Shown: positions 1 through 9,674 of the stretch, in pieces
How the letters are laid out: each line of letters begins with the position of its first letter
Position numbering within the stretch: position 1 is the stretch's first letter
From: an uncultured Bacilli bacterium
GTDB taxonomy: Bacteria > Bacillota_I > Bacilli_A > RF39 > UBA660
Assembly (NCBI GenBank): GCA_947581715.1
Contig: CANPVK010000002.1
Span: forward strand, 1-45,341
Length of the DNA: 45,341 nt
Direction: 5' to 3'
Made by a program: the position numbers and the translations under genes
The notes under the pieces: model-generated
What the model was told of the DNA's origin: nothing
The model's database searches: none
Seen by the model: the letters and a program-made list of their open reading frames with translations, nothing else

Positions 1-85
1 TCGTCCTTGACTAAATTTGGTGAAAGACTAAATTTCACTTCTTTATCTTTAAACGCAATTTACTTTTTCATTTAACAAAATATAG

Positions 86-111
86 AAAGTACCGAAAAGT
101 ACTTTTTTTTT
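86..111 (+). terminator. Rho-independent terminator of an upstream out-of-window + strand gene
   Basis: Hairpin AAAGTAC-(6 nt)-GTACTTT followed by a T-run reaching 111. Confidence 0.55.
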
Positions 112-122
112 CCTGGAAGATA

Positions 123-131
123 TGGTATAAT
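123..131 (+). promoter_or_regulatory. Extended -10 promoter element upstream of typA
   Basis: TGgTATAAT about 30 nt upstream of the typA start. No clear -35. Confidence 0.45.
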
Positions 132-160
132 TTCCAGTGTTCGTTTAGGGAGTGAAAAGA

Positions 161-1969
161 ATGAAAAAGAGAAATGTGGCAATTATAGCTCATGTAGACC
201 ATGGGAAAACAACTTTAGTAGATCAAATTTTAAAATCTAGCGGAACTTTTCGTGAGAATGAAGATGTTTCTGATTTATCTATGGATTCTAATCAGTTAGA
301 AAAAGAAAGAGGAATTACGATTTTAGCGAAAACAACAGCGATTAATTATCGAGATTATCGTATTAATATTATGGATACACCAGGACATGCTGATTTTGGT
401 GGAGAAGTAGAGCGTATTATGAATATGGTAGATGGAGTTCTTTTAGTAGTGGATGCTTATGAGGGAACCATGCCACAAACTAGATTTGTGTTAAAAAAAG
501 CTTTAGAAGCAGGTGTAAAACCTTTAGTAGTCATTAATAAAGTGGATAAACCTAGTGCAAGAGTAGAACAAGTAGTAGATGAAGTTTTAGATTTATTTAT
601 TGAATTAGGTGCAGATGATGATCAATTAGATTTCAAAGTAGTTTATGCCTCTGCAATCAATGGAACGTGTAGTTTAAATCCCGATATTCGTACACAAACT
701 CCTGGATTCCAGGAATTATTGGATTTAATTATTTCCGAAATTCCAGCACCTGGTGGAAATCCCGATGGCAATCTTCAATTTCAACCAGCATTACTAGATT
801 ATAATGAATTTGTTGGAAGAATTGGAATTGGTAGAGTTCATAATGGAAGAATCAAAGTAGGACAAATGGTATCTTGTATTCGTTTGGATGGAAGTGTAAA
901 AAACTTTAGAATTCAAAAATTATTTGGTTTTCTAGGATTAAAAAGAATTGAAGTAGAAGAAGCAGAAGCTGGTGATATTGTTGCTATTAGTGGACTTGCT
1001 GATATTTCAGTTGGAGAAACAATCTGTAATCAAGGAGAACATTTCCCTTTACCAGTTTTACATATTGATGAACCAACTTTACAGATGACTTTTGGAACGA
1101 ATACTTCTCCTTTGGTTGGACAAGATGGAAAATTATTAACTGCACGACAAATTGAAGATCGCTTAAATCGTGAGCTACAAAGAGATGTTAGTTTAAGAGT
1201 AGAGCCATTAGATGGAGAAAGCTTTTTGGTTTCTGGTAGAGGAGAATTGCATTTGTCCATTTTAATTGAAAATATGCGTCGTGAAGGTTATGAACTACAG
1301 GTATCGAAACCTCAAGTTATTGAAAAAGAAATCGATGGAATGAAAATGGAACCGTTTGAAGATTTACAGATTGAAGTACCAGAAGAATCCATGGGAGCTG
1401 TCATTGAACAATTAGGTACTCGTGGTGGAATCATGGAAAACATGGTGCATTTTGAAAATCAAGTGCGACTTCATTATGTAATTCCTTCTCGTGGTTTAAT
1501 TGGTTTTTCTACAGAATTTATGACAATGACCAAAGGATATGGAATTATCAATCATACTTTTAAAGAATATCGTAAAATGGAAAATGTTAATATCGGAGAA
1601 AGAAAACTAGGTGTTTTAGTATCCAATGATCATGGGAAAAGTACTGCTTATTCTTTAGGTCAATTGGAAGATCGTGGAATTATGTTTATTGAGCCTGGAA
1701 CAGAGGTTTATGAAGGAATGATTATTGGTGAATGTAATCGAGAAAATGATTTAGCAGTGAATGTCGTAAAAGGAAAACAATTAACGAATATGCGAGCTGC
1801 TAGTGCGGATAAAACAGTAGTTTTGAAAAGACCTAGACCAATTACCTTAGAAGGTGCTCTTGATTACATTAATAGTGATGAATTAGTGGAAGTTACACCA
1901 CTTCATATTAGACTTCGTAAAAGAATTTTAGATACAGAAGCAAGAAAAAAATTTGATGCAAGAAGGTAA
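161..1969 (+). CDS. typA: Translational GTPase TypA/BipA
   Basis: G-domain motifs [21 protein letters not shown] and EF-G-like C-terminal domains, ~600 aa. ATG 161 preferred over GTG 152 because GGGAG lies 8 nt upstream. Confidence 0.95.
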   Translation: MKKRNVAIIAHVDHGKTTLVDQILKSSGTFRENEDVSDLSMDSNQLEKERGITILAKTTAINYRDYRINIMDTPGHADFGGEVERIMNMVDGVLLVVDAYEGTMPQTRFVLKKALEAGVKPLVVINKVDKPSARVEQVVDEVLDLFIELGADDDQLDFKVVYASAINGTCSLNPDIRTQTPGFQELLDLIISEIPAPGGNPDGNLQFQPALLDYNEFVGRIGIGRVHNGRIKVGQMVSCIRLDGSVKNFRIQKLFGFLGLKRIEVEEAEAGDIVAISGLADISVGETICNQGEHFPLPVLHIDEPTLQMTFGTNTSPLVGQDGKLLTARQIEDRLNRELQRDVSLRVEPLDGESFLVSGRGELHLSILIENMRREGYELQVSKPQVIEKEIDGMKMEPFEDLQIEVPEESMGAVIEQLGTRGGIMENMVHFENQVRLHYVIPSRGLIGFSTEFMTMTKGYGIINHTFKEYRKMENVNIGERKLGVLVSNDHGKSTAYSLGQLEDRGIMFIEPGTEVYEGMIIGECNRENDLAVNVVKGKQLTNMRAASADKTVVLKRPRPITLEGALDYINSDELVEVTPLHIRLRKRILDTEARKKFDARR

Positions 1970-1981
1970 ATAGAAAAGAAT

Positions 1982-2008
1982 AAAAAGTACTTTTAAATGT
2001 ACTTTTTT
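1982..2008 (+). terminator. Rho-independent terminator after typA
   Basis: AAAAGTAC-(8 nt)-GTACTTTT stem followed by a T-run. Confidence 0.7.
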
Positions 2009-2009
2009 T

Positions 2010-2018
2010 CTGCTATAA
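2010..2018 (+). promoter_or_regulatory. Extended -10 promoter element
   Basis: TGcTATAAT 29 nt upstream of the 2047 start. Confidence 0.45.
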
Positions 2019-2046
2019 TATACTAAGAAGATATGGAGATGAGAAC

Positions 2047-2652
2047 ATGAATGAAAAAAATAATTCGAATGTAACAGAACCCCAAAATTCCAAATTCACT
2101 ATTTTTGTTTTATCCCTCTTGTTTTTTACTCTGTTTGCCTATATTATGTTTCTTCCGAGTATTAGAAATTATTTTCAGCAGAGAAAATTTGCTTCTGTTA
2201 CTAACATAGAAAAACAACCCGAAAAAACCAATTCTCCTACTCCATCTAGTACTCCAATAAAAGAAGAATTATTCGAGACAGTTTGCACTTCTATTTCTAC
2301 AACGATTGATCATTATACCTTTGTACAAACTCAAAAATTTTATTCTAATAGTAAAAACCAGATTTTAAAAAGTTCTATCATTATGGATTATTCATTTACC
2401 ATGCAAGATGAAGTTTATGAATCTTTAAAGAATCAGTGTAGTGATGAAACTTATTTTGCTTATCCTGGATATACTCTTTCTTGCAATATTGATCATAATA
2501 CAATTATTATGATGCAAGAATTTAATTTGAGTACTTTTCAAACGGTTGTGGATGCAGAAAAAAATCTTCGAATCGAGGCAAATACAAGTTATCGTCAAGA
2601 ACTTAGTAGTGTGAAATCTAATTTAATCAATCAAGGATATACCTGTAATTAA
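2047..2652 (+). CDS. Hypothetical N-terminally membrane-anchored protein
   Basis: ORF with GGAGATGAG upstream. One hydrophobic helix (FTIFVLSLLFFTLFAYIMFL), then a soluble domain. No recognisable motif. Confidence 0.6.
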   Translation: MNEKNNSNVTEPQNSKFTIFVLSLLFFTLFAYIMFLPSIRNYFQQRKFASVTNIEKQPEKTNSPTPSSTPIKEELFETVCTSISTTIDHYTFVQTQKFYSNSKNQILKSSIIMDYSFTMQDEVYESLKNQCSDETYFAYPGYTLSCNIDHNTIIMMQEFNLSTFQTVVDAEKNLRIEANTSYRQELSSVKSNLINQGYTCN

Positions 2653-2736
2653 TTTTTCTGTTTTGGTATCATCCTTTTTCATTTACAGAAAATTGGATTC
2701 ATGTTATAATAGCTATCTGAATGGGGAAGGTGTCAA

Positions 2737-3210
2737 TTGAAAAAGAGAATCTATCAAATCAGTATTTGTGTGTTTATATTCGATCAATTTTTAAAGTATT
2801 TGATTACTAGAAATTTTGTTTATCAAAAAACGGTTGCTATCATTCCACATTTTTTTTATCTCCAATATATCAAAAATACAGGAGGAGCTTTTAGTATTTT
2901 TTCGAATTCCATTTGGTTTTTTGTTCTTATTGGAATGGTCTTTCTTATTGGAATGGTATCTTATATTGCTAAAAAGAAAGAAATTTCATTTTTAGAACAG
3001 TTTTCTTTTGGTCTTTTAATAGGAGGAGTTTTGGGTAATTTAATAGATCGAATTCTTTTTCATGGTGTGATAGATTATTTGGGGATTATTATATTTTCTT
3101 ATTATTTTCCTATTTTTAATTTTGCAGATATTTGTATTGTTTGTGGAACACTATTAATGGGAATTGTTTTAGTAGGTGAAAATCATGAAAATAGAAGTAG
3201 TAGAAAATAA
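2737..3210 (+). CDS. lspA: Lipoprotein signal peptidase (signal peptidase II)
   Basis: 157-aa multi-TM protein with NTGGAFS and FNFADICI regions typical of LspA catalytic Asp segments. TTG start after GGAAGGTG. Classic lspA-rluD pairing. Confidence 0.85.
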   Translation: MKKRIYQISICVFIFDQFLKYLITRNFVYQKTVAIIPHFFYLQYIKNTGGAFSIFSNSIWFFVLIGMVFLIGMVSYIAKKKEISFLEQFSFGLLIGGVLGNLIDRILFHGVIDYLGIIIFSYYFPIFNFADICIVCGTLLMGIVLVGENHENRSSRK

Positions 3211-4081
3211 TATTCGTTTGGATCAATATTTAACCCAAGAATTACAACTTAGTCGCAATCAAGTTCAGAAACTAATTAAAGAAAACAAAGTATTTGTGAA
3301 TCAAAAATTGGAAAATAATAATTATCTTGTAAAAATGGGTGATAAGATTCAAATTTTAGATGAATTAGATTTTTCTATTTCGGTAGAGGGAGAAGATATT
3401 CCTTTAGATATTGTTTATGAAGATCAGTATTTATTAATTATTAATAAAAAATCAGGAATGGTCGTTCATCCTGCTCCGGGAAATTATCATGGTACTCTTG
3501 TCAATGCTCTTGTTCATCAGTTTTCTTTTCAAGATGATTCTATTCGTCCTGGAATTGTACATCGAATTGATAAAGATACCAGTGGTTTAATGGTTGTTGC
3601 AAAGGATATGAAAACACAGGAACTGTTAAGTGAGATGATGAAACGAAAAGAGGTAGAGAGAGTTTATTATGCTTTGGTAGATGGTATTATTCCTCACGAA
3701 ACGGGAACTATTGACGCTCCAATTGGAAGAGATCCAGATCATCGAAAAAAGATGAAAGTAACCGATCAGAATAGTAAAAAAGCAATTACTCATTTTAAAG
3801 TTTTAAAACGTTTTATGAGTACTCATCAAACTTTAGTCGAATGTAAATTGGATACAGGACGTACTCACCAAATTCGTGTACATATGGCATATATTGGTTA
3901 TCCTATTTTTAATGATCCCACTTATGGCAAAAGTAAAAAAACGACTGATTTTGGACAATTTTTACATTCTAAAAAGATTTCTTTTATTCATCCTATTACG
4001 AAGCAAAAAATAGAAAGAGAGGTTTCTCTTCCCAAAGAATTTCAGGATTATTTAGCTAAAATAGATATACAAGAAAAATAA
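3185..4081 (+). CDS. rluD: RluA/RluD-family 23S rRNA pseudouridine synthase
   Basis: N-terminal S4-like region (RLDQYL), catalytic HRIDKDTSGL motif, TGRTHQIRVH motif. ATG 3185 after AGGTGA preferred over GTG 3176. Confidence 0.9.
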   Translation: MKIEVVENNIRLDQYLTQELQLSRNQVQKLIKENKVFVNQKLENNNYLVKMGDKIQILDELDFSISVEGEDIPLDIVYEDQYLLIINKKSGMVVHPAPGNYHGTLVNALVHQFSFQDDSIRPGIVHRIDKDTSGLMVVAKDMKTQELLSEMMKRKEVERVYYALVDGIIPHETGTIDAPIGRDPDHRKKMKVTDQNSKKAITHFKVLKRFMSTHQTLVECKLDTGRTHQIRVHMAYIGYPIFNDPTYGKSKKTTDFGQFLHSKKISFIHPITKQKIEREVSLPKEFQDYLAKIDIQEK

Positions 4082-4118
4082 ATTTGGATATAATAAAAAT
4101 AGAAAGAGAGGAAAAATA

Positions 4119-5258
4119 ATGAACGAAACAGCAAATAGGAAAGATTTAATCGTGATGAAACTTCTTCATTATTTTATCACAGAAAAAAATTATAGTCCTA
4201 TTATTTTACAAGGGGCAGAAGATGAAATTTGGTTAGAAAATTTAAGTGGGGATTACGCTATTATTCGAATCGTATCTAATTATATTCATAATGATGAACA
4301 ATTAAATTTTGATTTATTTAAAGCCAAAAGAATTGTATCTAAGATTAAAAGAAAAACATTATCTTTTCACATGAATGTGTTAAATATTTATACTGATTTG
4401 GGAGATAATGCACATTTAGAAAAAATGAATCAAATGGATTGTATGTTTTTATATGATGAACAAGATTTAAAAAAGTATCCTTTTATTCAAAAATATTTTC
4501 CTGATATTTCTAATAAACTTGTATTTCATGAAGATGGATTAAAATTATTTATTAAAATTACGAATGATATTAATCAGAAAAATAAAAGAGAAGCGGAAAA
4601 AGCTGAATCTGTTTTTCAAAAGAAGACACCTTGGGTTACTTATATTTTATTAATTCTGTTAGTATGTTGTTATGTAATTCCCATTTTCTTTGGAAATTAT
4701 GAAAAAATTTTAAATGATTTTTGTTTATATGGACCATATATTAAAAATTATCATGAATATTATCGATTATTTACGGGGGGATTTTTGCATGGTAATCTCA
4801 TTCATTTGTTACTAAACTGTTATGCTTTATATATTTTAGGAAGTCAATTAGAAAGTTTTATGGGAAAAGCAAAATATTTATGTATTTATATATTTTCGTT
4901 ATTCATGGGAAGTCTTTTATCTATCACCTTTAGCGATTATGCTAGTATTGGTGCGAGTGGAGCTATTTTCGGATTAATGGGTAGTTTATTATATTTTGGA
5001 TATCATTATCGTATTTATTTGGGAAATACTTTAAAAAGTCAAATTATTCCATTAATTATTTTAAATTTGTTATTCAGTTTTTTTCTGAGTGGAATTGATG
5101 TTTTTGCACATATTGGAGGATTAATTGGTGGCTTTATGATTACTATGGCACTAGGAGTTAAATTTAAAAGTACAATATCTGAACGAATAAATGGTTTTAT
5201 CGTTACAGGAATTTTTGCTTTTTTTATGATTTATATGGCACTTTTTGTTTCAAGATAA
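4119..5258 (+). CDS. Rhomboid-family intramembrane serine protease with N-terminal cytosolic domain (YqgP/GluP-like architecture)
   Basis: C-terminal multi-TM domain with HGNLIHLLLN, GASGAIFG (catalytic Ser) and HIGGLIGG (catalytic His). Confidence 0.85.
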   Translation: MNETANRKDLIVMKLLHYFITEKNYSPIILQGAEDEIWLENLSGDYAIIRIVSNYIHNDEQLNFDLFKAKRIVSKIKRKTLSFHMNVLNIYTDLGDNAHLEKMNQMDCMFLYDEQDLKKYPFIQKYFPDISNKLVFHEDGLKLFIKITNDINQKNKREAEKAESVFQKKTPWVTYILLILLVCCYVIPIFFGNYEKILNDFCLYGPYIKNYHEYYRLFTGGFLHGNLIHLLLNCYALYILGSQLESFMGKAKYLCIYIFSLFMGSLLSITFSDYASIGASGAIFGLMGSLLYFGYHYRIYLGNTLKSQIIPLIILNLLFSFFLSGIDVFAHIGGLIGGFMITMALGVKFKSTISERINGFIVTGIFAFFMIYMALFVSR

Positions 5259-5399
5259 AAGTGTCTTTTTATTTTTTAATTTTCTTCGTATTTTCATATT
5301 TTTCTGATATTTTGAATGGTAGTAAAAAGAATTTAAAATTCCTAGTTTCTTTCCTTTTGGAAGTATGTTATAATATTTTTAGAATAAAAGGGGATCAGT

Positions 5400-7052
5400 A
5401 TGAATCAGGATTTTAATCATTCCAATCGTTTTATTTTTACAGATAGCTTCTATGATCATTTAGATAGCTCTTTTTCTAATGCAGAAGAATTTGAAAAGAA
5501 AGAACTTGAAAATAAAAATTCAGAAAATTCTAACAAAGGGGAAATAAATTTTGGGTTTATTCCAAATCATGAGAATGTAAAACAAGAAAATAATCCTTCA
5601 ATAGGAATGGAGAATGAATTAAAACCTTTTTCCTTTCTTTCTGATTCCGATCAGGAAATCAGTTCTTCCAAAGAAGAAAAAAATTCAAATATTTTCCCTC
5701 CACTGAAAAAAGAACCAGAACAAAAAGATACAGATACTTTTACGATAGATTCTGGAATTAATGAAGAATTAGAGAATGAACTTCTTTTCCAAAAAGAATC
5801 AGATTCTTTGGTTTTTCCAACTTCTTTTTCTAATTCAGAAGAAAAACAACCAGAAAGAACAGTTTATCGTGCTACTAGAAATTCTAATTCAATTGTTCCT
5901 ACTTGGTTAGAACAAGATGAAAAAGAAAATTCTGTTTCACCAAAGTTACCAGAAAAAATCACTTTTCCCCAGGAAGAAGAATTGATTCCTCCCATTATTG
6001 ATATTGATGAAAAATTAAAAGAGGATTATGATTCCTTTATGGAACAAGAAAATCATATGTATCAGCAAGAAAATTTGGTGGTAGATTCTCATATTGTGAA
6101 TAATAATTTATTAGAAAGATTACGTGAAAATGAAAAAGAAACAAAAAAAATTAGTATTTTAGCTCGATATGGAGAAGATTTTTGTAGTAAAGATTATATT
6201 ACCAATCCGGCCATTGGAAGGGAAAAAGAAATTAAAGAATTAAGCTTGATTTTATTAACCCCTGAAAAATCAGCTGTTTTAGTTGGAAAACCCGGGATAG
6301 GAAAAACAAGTATAGTAGAAGGACTTGCTTATCAGATTCAAAGAAATAATGTTCCTGATTTATTAAAAGAATATCGTATTATTAGTATCAAAACAACTTC
6401 GTTAATAGGAACATTACCAAATGGAGAAACGAGATTACAGACTTTAATTGATGAACTAAAGAATTTAGATCATATTATATTATTTATGGATGAAATTCAT
6501 ATGTTGATTAGTGCTACGAATGAATATGGACTTGATTTTGCCAACATGTTTAAAGAAAGTTTGGGTAGAGGAAGTATTAAGATGATTGGTGCTACAACAA
6601 GTGATGAATATGAAAAATATATTTTAAGTGATAAGGCGTTTGTAAGGAGATTTCAGAAAGTAGATATATTAGAGCCAAATAGACAGCAAACTATTCAAAT
6701 TTTAATGGGTTCTTTACCAAAAATAGAAAAAAATACTAGTGCTAGATTAAAATATAATTCTTATATTCAAACAGAAATTATGACCTTCCTTGTAGATATC
6801 ACAACAGAATATAAAAGAGTTTATGGCATAGGTTCTAGATATCCAGATATTTGTTTGACTTTATTGGCTCAAGCATTTTCTCAAGCAATTTTTCATAATC
6901 GCAAAGAAGTAACGATTTTTGATGTTAGAAATGCTATTGAAAATTCTAAAAATATATATCCGGATGTTATTCAAAAAGAACTTATTCGTTTTGATGAGAA
7001 ATTTCAACAGATTATGGATGAAGAACAAAAAATAAAAAATTCTAGTGATTGA
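5400..7052 (+). CDS. Orphan ClpA/ClpB-D1-like AAA+ ATPase with ~240-aa acidic low-complexity N-terminus
   Basis: Clp D1 signatures: NPAIGREKEIKEL, Walker A GKPGIGKTS, Walker B ILFMDEIH, IGATTSDEY, FVRRFQKV. No Clp N-domain and no second AAA module. Confidence 0.8.
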   Translation: MNQDFNHSNRFIFTDSFYDHLDSSFSNAEEFEKKELENKNSENSNKGEINFGFIPNHENVKQENNPSIGMENELKPFSFLSDSDQEISSSKEEKNSNIFPPLKKEPEQKDTDTFTIDSGINEELENELLFQKESDSLVFPTSFSNSEEKQPERTVYRATRNSNSIVPTWLEQDEKENSVSPKLPEKITFPQEEELIPPIIDIDEKLKEDYDSFMEQENHMYQQENLVVDSHIVNNNLLERLRENEKETKKISILARYGEDFCSKDYITNPAIGREKEIKELSLILLTPEKSAVLVGKPGIGKTSIVEGLAYQIQRNNVPDLLKEYRIISIKTTSLIGTLPNGETRLQTLIDELKNLDHIILFMDEIHMLISATNEYGLDFANMFKESLGRGSIKMIGATTSDEYEKYILSDKAFVRRFQKVDILEPNRQQTIQILMGSLPKIEKNTSARLKYNSYIQTEIMTFLVDITTEYKRVYGIGSRYPDICLTLLAQAFSQAIFHNRKEVTIFDVRNAIENSKNIYPDVIQKELIRFDEKFQQIMDEEQKIKNSSD

Positions 7053-7068
7053 TACTAGAATTTTTTTT
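7037..7068 (+). terminator. Bidirectional intrinsic terminator shared by the convergent AAA+ and cotJC-like genes
   Basis: 10-bp stem AAATTCTAGT/ACTAGAATTT with a 7-nt loop containing the 7050 stop codon. A-run upstream and T8 downstream. Confidence 0.65.
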
Positions 7069-7459
7069 CATTATCTCTTGGTTGTGGTAAATTTTCTTTA
7101 TAGTATTCGTATAGCTCTTTAAAGCGATTAAAGTGTACTATTTCACGTTGTCTTAACCATAATAAAGGACCAATTACATCTTGATCATTTGTTAAATCTA
7201 GTAGATGCTCGTATACTGCTCTTGCTTTTTGTTCTGCTGCCATATCTTCACTTAAATCTGCAAGTGGATCTCCTGTTGTTGCAAAATAGGTTACCGTGAA
7301 GGGAACTCCATTTGAGTCTGTTGGGTATAAAGCAGAATCATGTTCTGCATAATGTGTATCTAATCCGGCTGCCTTTATCTCTTCAATGGTTGCTCCTTTC
7401 ATTAATTGATAAATCATGGTACATATAATTTCAATATGTGCCAATTCTTCTGAACACAC
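7055..7459 (-). pseudogene. cotJC: 3' fragment of a cotJC-like (Mn-catalase/ferritin-like spore coat) gene, truncated by prophage insertion
   Basis: Translation SEELAHIEIICTMIY...GDPLADLSEDMAAEQKAR...LRQREIVHFNRF matches the C-terminal ~2/3 of CotJC as recalled. The expected ~55-60 N-terminal residues are absent. The reading frame runs into the integrase stop codon 9 nt upstream. Confidence 0.8.
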
Positions 7460-7468
7460 ACGATAGTT

Positions 7469-8992
7469 TTATAATTTTATATCAATATTTAATTCAAATT
7501 CTTCTTCATGTCCTTTTCCTCTAACGGTTTTTATATAATATATTTTTTTAATAATTGTTTTTAATAAATTATTTCTTTCTTCTGGAGATAAATTAGTAGA
7601 GTAGGTATCTAACACATTTTTTAGTTTAGGTACTATATCTTTTATTTTATCAATTTTCTTTTTCTTAGTTTGTTGGGAGTATTTATCTTTTTCGATTTCT
7701 AAGTTTTTTATTTGCTGTTTCAACGTTTTACTTCTTTCTAAAAAAGTAGTACTATCATAAATCTCTTGTTCCAACAAATCATAAGCTTTATTTAATTGAT
7801 TATTTAGTTTTTGAATTTCTTTTTCGATTAATTCTACGTTATTGCTATCAAATTCCTGCTGTATTGTTTCTTTTTTGTAGGATACTAGCATTTGCTCATA
7901 TTCTTTTAAAATTCCTTGTAGGGTACTTAAAATTGCATTTTCTATCAAATATAGATGAGAGCCAACATTTTTGCAATGAGGTAGGGGACATATTAAACCG
8001 TCTATATGTCCTGATCTATAATTTCTTCTTTGCATAGTTCTATGACAAATTCCACATTCTACAAGCCCAGCAAGTGGATTTTGTAATGTTAAATCTTTTT
8101 TTGTAGATTTTCCTTCTTTTATTTTAGAATTTTCGTTTGCGGTTTTCCACTGTTCTTCATCGATAATGGCTTCATGTAATCCTTTAACCAGAGTGTATTC
8201 TTTTTGTTTTGGTCTAGATTTATAGATAATACCATTTTTCATGGTTTTAACAGTTTTTCTACAATTCCATTTAATCATTCCATAATAAACTGGATTATGG
8301 ATAATATCTCTTATACTGGCCGATACCCATACTTCTGATTTTCTGGGTTTAGAACCTATTTTATTTAAGTGATTCGCAATATTAGAAGCGCCAATTCCTT
8401 GAGAGGCAAGTTGAAATATTATTTTAACAATCTTTTCTTCTTCTTCATTAACAACTAATTTAAATCCTTTTTGCCCTTGTAACTTTTCTTTGGAATATCC
8501 GTAAGGACAGGTTGAACCTACAAATTTACCCTCATTTACAGAAGATAATCTACCACGATTTAATCTTTTATTAATAATTTTATATTCTCTTCTTGACATA
8601 AAGAGCCCAAATTCAAAAAAGTCTTCATCTAGCTCATTATTTGGATCATAAACTTTTGAAGGTGTAACTATCTTTGTATTACCAAATTTAAAGGTTTTAG
8701 AAATTTTGCCTTGATCTTCGGTATCTCCACGAGCTAATCTATCAACATCTACTACATAAACTTCTTCGATGTTATTATTTTCAATTTCTTTTAATAATTC
8801 TTGTATTTTTGGTCTTGCTTCAATAGTTTCTCCAGATACAACTTCTTCATAATAATAATCTAAAATAACAGAGTTTTGTTCTGCTAATTTATTTATAATT
8901 TCTCTGTGTCTTTTTAGTGTATCTTGTCCCGTTACATTTTCTAATTCTAAATCAGCTCTAGATTTTCTTAAATAAGCTACTTTTTTTCTCAT
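7469..8992 (-). CDS. Large serine recombinase (phage integrase)
   Basis: N-terminal resolvase-type catalytic region VAYLRKSRAD...VYVVDVDRLARG, a recombinase domain, a Cys-rich zinc-ribbon region (CGICH...CPLPHC) and a C-terminal coiled coil, ~507 aa. ATG 8992 after GAGAGGAAG preferred over 9010. Confidence 0.9.
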   Translation of the reverse strand: MRKKVAYLRKSRADLELENVTGQDTLKRHREIINKLAEQNSVILDYYYEEVVSGETIEARPKIQELLKEIENNNIEEVYVVDVDRLARGDTEDQGKISKTFKFGNTKIVTPSKVYDPNNELDEDFFEFGLFMSRREYKIINKRLNRGRLSSVNEGKFVGSTCPYGYSKEKLQGQKGFKLVVNEEEEKIVKIIFQLASQGIGASNIANHLNKIGSKPRKSEVWVSASIRDIIHNPVYYGMIKWNCRKTVKTMKNGIIYKSRPKQKEYTLVKGLHEAIIDEEQWKTANENSKIKEGKSTKKDLTLQNPLAGLVECGICHRTMQRRNYRSGHIDGLICPLPHCKNVGSHLYLIENAILSTLQGILKEYEQMLVSYKKETIQQEFDSNNVELIEKEIQKLNNQLNKAYDLLEQEIYDSTTFLERSKTLKQQIKNLEIEKDKYSQQTKKKKIDKIKDIVPKLKNVLDTYSTNLSPEERNNLLKTIIKKIYYIKTVRGKGHEEEFELNIDIKL

Positions 8993-9019
8993 TATAGCAC
9001 TTCCTCTCATAAAATTTTA

Positions 9020-9048
9020 TTGATAAGTAGGATTTTTCATGCTATAAT
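9020..9048 (+). promoter_or_regulatory. Near-consensus sigma-A promoter pointing away from int
   Basis: TTGATA-17 nt-TATAAT with a TGn extended -10 (TGcTATAAT). Confidence 0.6.
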
Positions 9049-9053
9049 TAAAT

Positions 9054-9138
9054 AGCAGAAAAAAGATTCTTATCGTGGTAGATAGATTTTTATTTCTGTG
9101 CATTTTGACTTCGTATTAACGGTACGGAGTCTTTTTTT
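9054..9138 (+). ncRNA. Candidate ~85-nt small RNA between int and the lipoprotein gene
   Basis: The promoter at 9020-9048 is followed ~60 nt later by the hairpin GACTTCGTA-(7 nt)-TACGGAGTC plus T7 (9107-9138). No SD-preceded ORF lies in between. Confidence 0.4.
9067..9083 (+). repeat. Inverted-repeat copy 1 (TTCTTATCGTGGTAGAT)
   Basis: Perfect 17-nt reverse complement of 13115-13131. Similarity continues (TTTTTATTT) after a 3-nt AGA insertion. Confidence 0.9.
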
Positions 9139-9574
9139 ATTTTAATTTATTAAATATTTCAATCACACTATCATATTTTGGAAATTCATCATCAATCATT
9201 AAAGCATATCCATTTTTAACAATTGCATCGAAATCTCCAAATCCTTCCATTGTGACTTTTTGATTTTTTTCTGCATTTTTATAAGCATCAGTTGAAGAAT
9301 CAAATTTATAAATTTCTAATTTATAATCACCATTTACTAATTTAATACCACTTTCAGCATTAATGTAAGTTGCAACCATATCTGTTTTTGTATAAGTTAT
9401 TCCTAAATTTTTAACTTCTTTTTCAAAATCATCTATTGAAGTTAAACTATTAGTATCTTCACTGATATTTGTGTCATTATCTTTATTATCGATCGTAGTT
9501 TTGTTTTCACTTCCACAACCAGTTAATGATAAGCAAATTAATCCTGCAAATAAAATTGTCATAATTTTTTTCAT
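9137..9574 (-). CDS. Prophage-encoded lipoprotein (possible superinfection-exclusion moron)
   Basis: Signal peptide with lipobox LSLTGC|GS. AGGAGGTG SD. Located between int and the immunity genes. Confidence 0.8.
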   Translation of the reverse strand: MKKIMTILFAGLICLSLTGCGSENKTTIDNKDNDTNISEDTNSLTSIDDFEKEVKNLGITYTKTDMVATYINAESGIKLVNGDYKLEIYKFDSSTDAYKNAEKNQKVTMEGFGDFDAIVKNGYALMIDDEFPKYDSVIEIFNKLK

Positions 9575-9642
9575 CCTAGCACCTCCTTTACTTCTAATAA
9601 TCTATATTAAAAGTTTTCCAATACTGCTAGATTACTTTTAAT

Positions 9643-9674
9643 CAAAACAAAACAGACATTATTTAATGTCTGTT
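9643..9674 (-). terminator. Intrinsic terminator of the 61-aa moron
   Basis: 10-bp stem AACAGACATT/AATGTCTGTT (loop ATTT) spanning the stop codon, followed on the - strand by TTGTTTTG. Confidence 0.6.

Noticed and set aside
9107-9138. Possibility that the 9107-9131 hairpin is the terminator of the - strand lipoprotein gene
   Set aside because: On the - strand the stem acquires an A-C mismatch and is followed by AAAATGCACAG rather than a U-run. The T7 tract follows the hairpin only on the + strand, so it was assigned to the candidate + strand sRNA.
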